Source: Spirosoma fluviale
GTDB lineage: Bacteria > Bacteroidota > Bacteroidia > Cytophagales > Spirosomataceae
Direction of reading: 5' to 3'
DNA: 64,000 bases
Assembly (NCBI GenBank): GCA_945906795.1
Contig: CAMDRO010000004.1
Location: forward strand, 5,732-69,731
Shown here in pieces: positions 31,009-38,940 of the stretch. The notes under the pieces were generated by a model that was not told the origin of the DNA, did no database searches, and saw nothing but the letters and a program-made list of their open reading frames with translations. The translations under genes and the position numbers were made by a program. Positions within the stretch are counted from its first letter, which is position 1. The number at the start of each line of letters is the position of its first letter.

Positions 31009-31796
31009 TGGGGATGTTGGATTTAGATCAGTTGAAATCAGATTTAAAGGAAAATGGGGTCGTTGTGATTCCGGGTTTTTTCGAATGTAAATTAATTGAG
31101 GACATTCAATTAGCTGCTAAGAATATTTTCCAAATTCAATTTGATTATTTAGGTATAAAAGGTGATTTTTTGTCTCAAATGACCCAATTGTTTCAAGAGC
31201 ATTTAGATACTTTTATCAGTTGTGGTAAATTGATTCAAACAGGATTAATCGAGTTATATCAATTATCTGTTAACCCTGACCTGATTGAATTAGTGAAAAA
31301 CCTGGGTTTGTCGAAGCCTTTAATGTGTACTCGGCCCATGTTGTTTTTCAATCACCCTAATCTTGCCATGTCCGAACATTTTTATAAAACTCCCTTGCAT
31401 CAGGACTGGGTTTCTATGTTGGCCTCTCAGGATTCCATTGTTGTTTGGTTTCCTTTGATTGACTTGGAAATGGGACATGGTCCTGTCATATTTTACCCAG
31501 GATCTCATAAATTGGGGCCGCTGACAGATAAATTAGAAAATGGTTTTGCTGAGGTTCCATTTGACCGAAGTGTGTATCCTTCCTTACAACCTGAAGTTAA
31601 TATGGGTGATATTGTCGTTTTTTCCACTTTGTTAGTGCATGAATCGGGCCTTATAACCAATAATCAAATTAGGTGGTCTTCTCATTTACGGTATACTAAT
31701 ATGGAAGATATTGATTTTGTTGAAAGAGGTTTTCCTTCTCCTTATATTAATAAACCATCACAAGAGTTAATAGATAAGTATTTACACAAAAAATAA
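31008..31796 (+). CDS. Fe(II)/2-oxoglutarate dioxygenase, phytanoyl-CoA dioxygenase (PhyH)-like
   Basis: The candidate His-x-Asp...His facial triad is PLHQDW ... VHESG. ATG 31008 overlaps the dapB stop as TAATG. The track start 30957 lies inside dapB. Confidence 0.65.
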   Translation: MGMLDLDQLKSDLKENGVVVIPGFFECKLIEDIQLAAKNIFQIQFDYLGIKGDFLSQMTQLFQEHLDTFISCGKLIQTGLIELYQLSVNPDLIELVKNLGLSKPLMCTRPMLFFNHPNLAMSEHFYKTPLHQDWVSMLASQDSIVVWFPLIDLEMGHGPVIFYPGSHKLGPLTDKLENGFAEVPFDRSVYPSLQPEVNMGDIVVFSTLLVHESGLITNNQIRWSSHLRYTNMEDIDFVERGFPSPYINKPSQELIDKYLHKK

Positions 31797-31800
31797 TTTT

Positions 31801-32946
31801 ATGAATTCCAAAGACGCAAAAAAACCTACACAAAAATCAGCCTTTAGAGAGTGGTTGGATTCTGTTTTATTTGCTGTAGTCGCGGCTACCCTGATTCGCT
31901 TTTTTCTATTTGAGGCATATACCATTCCTACACCCTCCATGGAAAGTTCATTGATGGTCGGTGATTTTTTGTTTGTTAGTAAAATGCATTATGGAGTACG
32001 TACGCCAAAAACCCCTTTGCAACTTCCTTTAACACATCAAAAAATATGGTTCACTAATATACCCTCTTATTTACGTTGGTTGAATTTACCCACTTTCCGT
32101 TTACCAGGTTTCACTGATGTTAAAAAAGGAGATGCCGTCGTTTTTAATGCACCTAATTGGGAGGATGATGGAGATGCTCCATTAGATCTCCGAACTTTTT
32201 ATGTAAAAAGGTGTGTAGCCACACCGGGGGATGTTATTGAGGTTCGTGGCCAACAAGTGTATATTAACAACAAGGCCTTAGAAAATCCGGAAAGAATGCA
32301 ACATCCCGTATTTATGAAGACCAAGGAAACGTTAGAAGAAAGTTTTTTTGATCAATTTGGTATACGGAATTCTCCAGATGCAAGTTTTGATTCAGCGGAT
32401 TGGTTACCTCTTGCGGACTCATTAAACCAATTAGTTGGTTATAAACTGAATACATCGCTGAGTAAAATTTCGGAAATTTCTAAATCTTCGTTTAAAAAGA
32501 CCTTTGATTATGATTCATTTAAGGATGTCAAAGGACAAGCTTTTGATGCCATTTTTCCTCATGATACGACCTTGTTTAAATGGAATAGAGACTGGTTTGG
32601 GCCTTTGCAAATTCCGGCAAAAGGTTGGACGGTCAATTTATATACTAAAAATGTTAAATTATACCAAGAGGCTATTCAAAAGTATGAAGGAAACGAAGGC
32701 ATAACGATAGACGGAGATAAAATTTTACAGAATGGAAAGGTATTAAATAGTTATACTTTTAAACAAGATTATTATTTCATGATGGGCGATAATCGTCACA
32801 ATTCAGCAGATTCTCGGTTCTGGGGTTTTGTTCCTGCCGATCATATCGTAGGAAAGGCAGTATTTGTTTGGATGTCATTAGATCCCAACAAAAGTCTTTT
32901 CTCCGGTAAAATTCGCTGGAATCGTATCTTTCGTTTTGTTAATTAG
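31801..32946 (+). CDS. lepB: Signal peptidase I
   Basis: The catalytic Ser box is PTPSMESSLMVGD, the Lys box is YVKRCVATPGD, and GDNRHNSADSRFWGFVP is also present. Confidence 0.9.
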   Translation: MNSKDAKKPTQKSAFREWLDSVLFAVVAATLIRFFLFEAYTIPTPSMESSLMVGDFLFVSKMHYGVRTPKTPLQLPLTHQKIWFTNIPSYLRWLNLPTFRLPGFTDVKKGDAVVFNAPNWEDDGDAPLDLRTFYVKRCVATPGDVIEVRGQQVYINNKALENPERMQHPVFMKTKETLEESFFDQFGIRNSPDASFDSADWLPLADSLNQLVGYKLNTSLSKISEISKSSFKKTFDYDSFKDVKGQAFDAIFPHDTTLFKWNRDWFGPLQIPAKGWTVNLYTKNVKLYQEAIQKYEGNEGITIDGDKILQNGKVLNSYTFKQDYYFMMGDNRHNSADSRFWGFVPADHIVGKAVFVWMSLDPNKSLFSGKIRWNRIFRFVN

Positions 32947-34124
32947 ATAACTCGTAATACAAATCCTTTTAGGTAATTACTTTCCGGGTGAAATAAGTTG
33001 ATCGGATGGTCGGGAGCCTGAGTCATTTGATGAATGACTTGGATTTCTCTGCCAGTTTCTATCCCTGCCGCTACTAGCATGTTGTAAAATAAGTCTCTTG
33101 TGATTACTTGAGAGCATGAATAGGTAAAAATAAGTCCGTTTTTCTTAATCTTTTTGATGGCTAAATAATTTATTTTTTGATAGCCTTGTAGTGCCTTGTG
33201 TTTGCTGCTAATCGATTTAGCAAAGGCCGGTGGGTCCAAAATAATGATATCAAATTCTTCCTCACAATTCTTCAAATAGGGTAGGGTTTCACCTACAATG
33301 GATTCGTGTTTTTTACTAGAGAATTCATTTAAGGTCAAATTGATGTTGACTAAATCAATGGCTTTAGCTGAAGTGTCTAATGAAACCACTCTTTTGGCAC
33401 CTTGTTTGAGTGCGTACATTGAAAACCCGCCCGAATAGCAAAATGTATTTAATATAGACTTGCCTTTTGAATACAGCGACAGTAATTGTCTGTTGTCACG
33501 TTGGTCAATAAAGAAACCTGTTTTTTGGCCAGTAACCCAATTAACTGAAAATTTTATCCCATTTTCTACGATTTCATGAGGTGTATTGGCGCTTCCTTCT
33601 AAATAATCATTATTGATATTTTGAGCATATTCCGGTGGCAAGGTTTCCTTGCTTTTGTCATAAATGGCTTTAATCTTTTTTCCAAATACCTTCTTCAGTG
33701 CATTAACTACTTCTAGACGATTTATATGCATCCCAATGGAATGCGCCTGAAATACAAAAACCCCGTTATAATGGTCAATCACCAATCCAGGGCAACCGTC
33801 TCCTTCCCCATGAATCAGTCGAAAAGCATTGGTTTCTCCCAAGGCAATTTTTTGTCTTAGATCATAGGCATTTTGAATTCTTTGAACCCAGAATTCTTCT
33901 TCTGAGGATATCTTTTGAAAAGAAACAATTTTGACAGAAATACTTCCATGATGAAAATGACCCATACCTAAGAACTCATCTCTAGAACTGATTACATTGA
34001 CCCAATCCCCATCATTTAAATGATCACTTTGCTTTAAGATAGCTCCTGAGAATATCCAAGGATGAAATCTTTTAACTGGTGAATCTTTTCCTGGTTTTAG
34101 CTGTACAAATTTTATGTCTTGCAT
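32943..34124 (-). CDS. rlmI: Class I SAM-dependent rRNA (cytosine-C5) methyltransferase, RlmI-like (PUA + MTase)
   Basis: The motifs LNTFCYSGGFS and IILDPPAFAKS are present. ATG 34124 is preferred because the track start 34196 would overlap the upstream gene by 53 nt. Confidence 0.75.
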   Translation of the reverse strand: MQDIKFVQLKPGKDSPVKRFHPWIFSGAILKQSDHLNDGDWVNVISSRDEFLGMGHFHHGSISVKIVSFQKISSEEEFWVQRIQNAYDLRQKIALGETNAFRLIHGEGDGCPGLVIDHYNGVFVFQAHSIGMHINRLEVVNALKKVFGKKIKAIYDKSKETLPPEYAQNINNDYLEGSANTPHEIVENGIKFSVNWVTGQKTGFFIDQRDNRQLLSLYSKGKSILNTFCYSGGFSMYALKQGAKRVVSLDTSAKAIDLVNINLTLNEFSSKKHESIVGETLPYLKNCEEEFDIIILDPPAFAKSISSKHKALQGYQKINYLAIKKIKKNGLIFTYSCSQVITRDLFYNMLVAAGIETGREIQVIHQMTQAPDHPINLFHPESNYLKGFVLRVI

Positions 34125-34143
34125 CCTGTAAAATTGCAAAATT

Positions 34144-35049
34144 TTATTTAAAAAAGGGTTGACCCGCTTCAATCCATGCAGAATACCAAATGTCACCTAC
34201 ATGTTTATAAGCACGTTGAAATCGATCTTCTATTTGATGGCCAAGCACTTGATGGTATTTTTTACTGTATTCTACGCTATAATTCTTTTGCAGTACATTA
34301 CCCTTTTTTTCGAAAGTATATTTTTTTGATTGCCTAAAAGTGGCATTTAATTTAGCTTCTTGGTCGATTAAAATTTTCACTTGAGTATGTGATTCCAGTA
34401 CCCAATCCCACGTAGATTTAGTTATATTAGGTATGAAGGTAGCTGGTCCAACCAATTCTTCTAATGACTCATTTAGTAATTCGGGAATACGAGATTCCCA
34501 AAAAGCATGTAAACCACTTTGCCCCGTTTTTTGCCCATCATAATTGGATGTAGTATGCAAAGGAACATGTAAATCACCAATGTAATGCCCCATTTCAGCC
34601 GATAATTTGATAATCTTTATAGTATCCCGACGAACAAATGCATATTTTAGTTGTTGGTATAAAATGGGAATATGCCAGGGCACAATTCCATGTTTGACTA
34701 AACTATCTGGATTTATTTTTTGGGTTATTTCGGACCAATTTGTATACTGTATAGCTGAAATTTCATATCGATCTAAATCAATATAATGTCTTGAAGCCTC
34801 CTGGTCCATGATATATCTCCGTTGGTCTGGCAAAACCGATAAATCTTCTATTTCCTTTTGATGCCTTTTGTAAAATGTGACCATTTCAAGCGGCAAAGTA
34901 TAAATGGCCAACGTATTTATTTTTTTATGTGCAAAAAAGCCCCAAGGTTTCATTAATTCGATTGAATATCCTTTTAAATGTAGGGTCATCGTTAATATTA
35001 TCAGAATCTGATAGCTTTTTTTGCATAGTATGTTGTGTTTTAAAATCAT
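34144..35049 (-). CDS. Zn-dependent phospholipase C / S1-P1 nuclease superfamily protein (secreted)
   Basis: An N-terminal WGFFAHKKIN follows a signal-like segment. HYIDLD, GDLHVPLHTT and HAFWESRIPE supply a metal-ligand His/Asp pattern. Confidence 0.55.
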   Translation of the reverse strand: MILKHNILCKKSYQILIILTMTLHLKGYSIELMKPWGFFAHKKINTLAIYTLPLEMVTFYKRHQKEIEDLSVLPDQRRYIMDQEASRHYIDLDRYEISAIQYTNWSEITQKINPDSLVKHGIVPWHIPILYQQLKYAFVRRDTIKIIKLSAEMGHYIGDLHVPLHTTSNYDGQKTGQSGLHAFWESRIPELLNESLEELVGPATFIPNITKSTWDWVLESHTQVKILIDQEAKLNATFRQSKKYTFEKKGNVLQKNYSVEYSKKYHQVLGHQIEDRFQRAYKHVGDIWYSAWIEAGQPFFK

Positions 35050-35055
35050 TTTGTT

Positions 35056-35063
35056 TAATTTTG
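35056..35063 (+). promoter_or_regulatory. Candidate -7 box (TAATTTTG) for rpsT
   Basis: The sequence matches TAnnTTTG 51 nt upstream of ATG 35114. Confidence 0.3.
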
Positions 35064-35113
35064 CATTTCTATTTTATTACAAGAAGAATTTATTTAAGAA
35101 TTATATTTAAACA

Positions 35114-35371
35114 ATGGCAAATCATAAATCAGCATTAAAGCGTATTAGAGCAAATGAAACAAAACGTTTGCGTAACCGTTATCAACATAAGTCAACTCGT
35201 ACGATGATTAAAAATCTTCGTTTAGCGACCGATAAATCTATCGTGGTTGATTTGTACAAAAAGGTTTCTTCTGCGTTAGATAAATTAGCGAAGAAAAATA
35301 TTATTCATAAGAATAAGGCAGCAAATCAAAAATCTAAATTAGCTAAGTTGGCGAATAAATTAGCCGCATAG
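35114..35371 (+). CDS. rpsT: 30S ribosomal protein S20
   Basis: The N-terminus is MANHKSALKRIRANETKRLRNR. The 85-aa protein is highly basic. Confidence 0.92.
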   Translation: MANHKSALKRIRANETKRLRNRYQHKSTRTMIKNLRLATDKSIVVDLYKKVSSALDKLAKKNIIHKNKAANQKSKLAKLANKLAA

Positions 35372-35397
35372 GTTTAGATTATCAGTATATTGATAAA

Positions 35398-35418
35398 CCC
35401 CGCAATCGCGGGGTTTTC
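35398..35418 (+). terminator. Rho-independent terminator of rpsT
   Basis: The GC stem is ccccgc (35398..35403) paired with gcgggg (35408..35413), with loop aatc. A T-run tttt follows. Confidence 0.7.
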
Positions 35419-35454
35419 TTGTTTATAAGGATTACCTTCCGAAAAAATATTCAC

Positions 35455-36156
35455 ATGGATTATTTACTTCAGGGAGGAAAAATCAAAGAAATTCGATTGG
35501 AAGAGAGGCCAAGGGAGCTGATGGCAATAAAGGGAAAGGATACCTTACGAATTGATGAAATACTTTCCTTATTGATCGGCTCGGGGATCCCTAATAAATC
35601 AGCTTTAGATCTTTCAAAAGATATATTGAACTCAATTCAAGGGGACTTAAATAAGTTGGGCCGCTTTAATCAATTTGACTTCATGAAATTCAAAGGGATT
35701 GGAAAGGCTAAATCAGCCGTTTTAGTGGCCGCTTTAGAATTGGGTCGGCGGCGAATGGTTTTTGAAACGACCCATCGAATAGAAACAATATTGGCTTCAA
35801 AAGATGCTTATAACTTATTGAGGCCACATTTAAGTGATTTAGCACATGAAGAATTTTGGATCATTCATTTAAATCGCGCTTCTCGATTAATTAAATTAGA
35901 AAAATTTAGTGTAGGGGGTGTAGCTGGAACTTCCGTGGATATAAAACTATTGTTTAAATCTGCTTTAGAGCAAACATCTTCAGCCATCATTTTGGCACAT
36001 AATCATCCATCGGGCCAATTACAACCTAGCCAGGCCGACAAGCATTTGACGAAAAAGATTATTGAGGCTGCAGGCTTGTTTGAAATACAAATTTCTGATC
36101 ACTTAATTGTGTCTTCAGAAACGTATTTCAGTTTTGCTGATGAAGGAATACTATAA
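35455..36156 (+). CDS. radC: RadC-family JAMM/MPN+ protein
   Basis: The JAMM motif is HNHPSGQLQPSQAD, and an HhH-like segment FKGIGKAKSA is present. ATG 35455 is preferred because the track TTG 35419 abuts the rpsT terminator T-run. Confidence 0.85.
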   Translation: MDYLLQGGKIKEIRLEERPRELMAIKGKDTLRIDEILSLLIGSGIPNKSALDLSKDILNSIQGDLNKLGRFNQFDFMKFKGIGKAKSAVLVAALELGRRRMVFETTHRIETILASKDAYNLLRPHLSDLAHEEFWIIHLNRASRLIKLEKFSVGGVAGTSVDIKLLFKSALEQTSSAIILAHNHPSGQLQPSQADKHLTKKIIEAAGLFEIQISDHLIVSSETYFSFADEGIL

Positions 36157-36162
36157 TCAATT

Positions 36163-36261
36163 TTATTTACCTCTTTCCTTATAAATTTTTTGAAGTTTAG
36201 CTCCAACAATGATAGATGCAGCAAATAAAATGATAAAAAAGGCGGCTCCTGAATATCCCAT
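36163..36261 (-). CDS. Possible 32-aa single-TM micro-protein downstream of hisB
   Basis: My own translation gives MGYSGAAFFIILFAASIIVGAKLQKIYKERGK, a hydrophobic helix plus a basic tail. It lies 35 nt after the hisB stop. No homology evidence is available. Confidence 0.25.
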   Translation of the reverse strand: MGYSGAAFFIILFAASIIVGAKLQKIYKERGK

Positions 36262-36296
36262 ATAATGTTAAATTTTACTCAAAATTATGAAATTAA

Positions 36297-37409
36297 TTAT
36301 AGTAATCCTTTGGTACTAGGCAAAGAATTTAAATTATTTAGATCTCTTTTAACAGCTAATTGGATCGATTTTGCAAAAGCCTTAAAAATTGATTCAATTT
36401 TATGATGTTCGTTTTCTCCTTCAGCCTTAATATTTAAATTGCATTTAGCCCCATCTGAAAATGATTTAAAGAAGTGACTGAACATTTCTGTTGGCATCTC
36501 ACCCACCTTCTCTCTTTTAAATTCAGCATTCCAAACGAGCCAATTTCGACCTGAAAAATCTAAAGCCACTTGGGCTAAACAATCATCCATGGGCAATAAA
36601 TATCCGTATCGAGCGATGCCTTTCTTTTCACCTAAAGCCAAAGCGAATGCTTCACCCAAGGCAATTCCAGTATCTTCAATAGTATGATGTTCATCTATAT
36701 GTAAATCACCTTGAACTTGTATGTTGAGATTCAGGTTGCCGTGCTTGGCGATTTGATCTAACATATGATCAAAAAAGGCTAAACCAGTTTGATTGTTCGC
36801 ATAGCCTTTTCCATCTAGGTTCAATTGGATGGAAATTTTAGTTTCATTCGTATTTCTAGTATGAGTGATTAGACGCTCAGGTAATTTTAAATAAGAGTAT
36901 ATGTCATTCCAACGAGTGGTTTGTAGCGCTGTAATTGATTTCAAATCAGCGGGTATCTCCAATTCACTAATTAAAAATGCTTTTGCTCCTAGATTTTTGG
37001 CTAATTGAACGTCGGTGATTCGATCCCCGATGACAAATGATTTTTTTAAATCATAATCGGCCGTCAAGTACTGTCCCAATAACCCTAGACCAGGTTTTCT
37101 GGTGGGAAGATTATCCGCAGGAAATGATTTGTCAATGAATATATTTGAAAACACTATCCCTTCAGAAGCTAAAATTTCCATCATTTTATTTTGTGCTGGC
37201 CAAAATGTGTCTTCTGGAAAGGATGGAGTACCGAGCCCATCTTGGTTGGTCACCATCACTAATTCAAAGTCGAATTCGTCATGAATCTTCTTTAAATTAG
37301 CTATGACATGAGGCAAAAATGACAATTTTTCTAAACTGTCAACTTGCTGGTCAGGTTGAGGCTCAATTATTAAAGTGCCATCCCGGTCGATGAATAATAC
37401 TTTCTTCAT
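36297..37409 (-). CDS. hisB: Bifunctional histidinol-phosphatase / imidazoleglycerol-phosphate dehydratase
   Basis: The HAD motif [14 protein letters not shown] is at the N-terminus, and the IGPD motifs [15 protein letters not shown] and [15 protein letters not shown] follow. ATG 37409 is preferred because the 46-codon extension in the track is low-complexity and spurious-looking. Confidence 0.92.
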   Translation of the reverse strand: MKKVLFIDRDGTLIIEPQPDQQVDSLEKLSFLPHVIANLKKIHDEFDFELVMVTNQDGLGTPSFPEDTFWPAQNKMMEILASEGIVFSNIFIDKSFPADNLPTRKPGLGLLGQYLTADYDLKKSFVIGDRITDVQLAKNLGAKAFLISELEIPADLKSITALQTTRWNDIYSYLKLPERLITHTRNTNETKISIQLNLDGKGYANNQTGLAFFDHMLDQIAKHGNLNLNIQVQGDLHIDEHHTIEDTGIALGEAFALALGEKKGIARYGYLLPMDDCLAQVALDFSGRNWLVWNAEFKREKVGEMPTEMFSHFFKSFSDGAKCNLNIKAEGENEHHKIESIFKAFAKSIQLAVKRDLNNLNSLPSTKGLL

Positions 37410-37520
37410 GCTACAAAGGTAATGAATGTAAAGTTTACAGAGAATAAAAGAAAAAAATATGCAAAAAATAATTCTTATATGTGCTCGAGTACTTGTAATT
37501 TTGTATTTGAGATAAAAACT

Positions 37521-38765
37521 ATGGGTGAATTGTTTGGTGTTATTCAAGAAGATTTACGCGGAAATGTAATTCGCAGAATCTCTTTATTTACTGGTGAGTC
37601 AGAACCCAAAGTAGAAGAGTTGATACCGGTTTGGGAGGCCATTATTTTAGGCGGGTTATTGAAATTAATTCGTAATCGAATTCGATTCAATGCACTGTAT
37701 AATTTTATTTTACAAAAACCGATCCCGCGCGTCGCTATAGAGGAATTGCAGGCAGGAAATGCGACTAAATTGCAATTAGAAGAAATAAGTCAGTATGGTG
37801 AGGGCTTAATTGGAATACTTATTCCTGATAAAAAGAGTGCGATTGCGATGTTGATTTCAAGGGAACTAGGATGTAAAAGTTCATCATTTTTGAAAGGTTT
37901 GAGTGTGGTTTTTGGCTTATATGGTTTTAAATTAAAAGAAGAAGATTACGATTCATTAAAAGACTGGAAATCATTTGCTGGATTTTTCATCGTTAAAAAA
38001 GGTGATTTTAGCGTTTTATGTCCTTCTAATTTGCGTTTTGCAATCTCTGATATTTTATTACTTTCAGATGTATTAAAATTAGATCCTGAGGCTTTAGTGT
38101 ATTTGACAGATGACCTAGATCGAGATGAAGCTAAATCAAAACCTGCTTTTTTTGATCAAAAAAATCTCATCTACATTGTTATTACCGTCATTTTAAGTGG
38201 ATTTACCATTTGGTATACTTTATTTAAACCAGCTTCAGAACCAGAAATTACCACGGATATGGAAGAGGTGATTCCTATTGACAGTTTAAATAAATTAAAT
38301 GATAGTTTAACCCAAGCTGTCTTAGATTCTAATCGAATTAAGAATGATTCCCTATTTACGTTAAATTGGCCAGATGGTACTCAATATGTAGTGCCTAAGA
38401 AATCTATCTTGGTCGATTTACATACTTATTTAATGGATTCCACGCAAACTTCTCCCTTAGAATTAATTTGTCAGGAACTAGTTTTTGATGAGAATACGGA
38501 TTTATTATTGAAGCCGACGGATTATTTATTTAAGCAGCTTTCGATTCAGATGAATAAATCAAAAAATGTGGATGTTCTAATATCTGCAATATCAGGTAAT
38601 AACGATAAATCGTCCTTTAAACGGGGTTTTATCATTAAAAATCGACTGGTTGGCGAAGGGCTTTCATTCAAAAAAATTAACATACAAGCTAGTGTAGAAA
38701 GCACAAATAGTCAAGGTAATTCTCAAGTCAAATTTATATTTACTAAGCGTAATTTATTGAAATAA
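37521..38765 (+). CDS. Hypothetical membrane-anchored protein (DUF937-like N-terminus, one TM, degenerate OmpA-like C-terminus?)
   Basis: ATG 37521 is preferred ([14 protein letters not shown]...). A central TM helix is [20 protein letters not shown]. The domain guesses are from memory only. Confidence 0.5.
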   Translation: MGELFGVIQEDLRGNVIRRISLFTGESEPKVEELIPVWEAIILGGLLKLIRNRIRFNALYNFILQKPIPRVAIEELQAGNATKLQLEEISQYGEGLIGILIPDKKSAIAMLISRELGCKSSSFLKGLSVVFGLYGFKLKEEDYDSLKDWKSFAGFFIVKKGDFSVLCPSNLRFAISDILLLSDVLKLDPEALVYLTDDLDRDEAKSKPAFFDQKNLIYIVITVILSGFTIWYTLFKPASEPEITTDMEEVIPIDSLNKLNDSLTQAVLDSNRIKNDSLFTLNWPDGTQYVVPKKSILVDLHTYLMDSTQTSPLELICQELVFDENTDLLLKPTDYLFKQLSIQMNKSKNVDVLISAISGNNDKSSFKRGFIIKNRLVGEGLSFKKINIQASVESTNSQGNSQVKFIFTKRNLLK

Positions 38766-38798
38766 TACAATATATTAGGTTTATATAGATTAATAAGA

Positions 38799-38806
38799 TA
38801 CTTTTG
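38799..38806 (+). promoter_or_regulatory. Candidate -7 box (TACTTTTG) for the DEAD-box helicase gene, implying a ~130-nt leader
   Basis: The sequence matches TAnnTTTG 135 nt upstream of ATG 38941. Confidence 0.3.
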
Positions 38807-38940
38807 TAATAAATAAGTACAAATACATCCGCACAAACTCTTTTTTTTACATTTAATGTAAATCCCTTTTCTTTTATTTAGGGCTATTGGCAAGAGTTAA
38901 ATTACGGATGTGTTCGGGCATCGTAATTAAAATATATCTA

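Noticed and set aside
36297-37547. Long N-terminal extensions proposed by the ORF track for hisB (to 37547), the 37422 ORF, deaD (38887), mdh (52161), queA (15370), rlmI-like (34196), PhyH-like (30957) and radC (35419)
   Set aside because: The extensions are low-complexity, overlap neighbouring genes or terminators, and precede ATGs that give canonical family N-termini. The starts were moved downstream.
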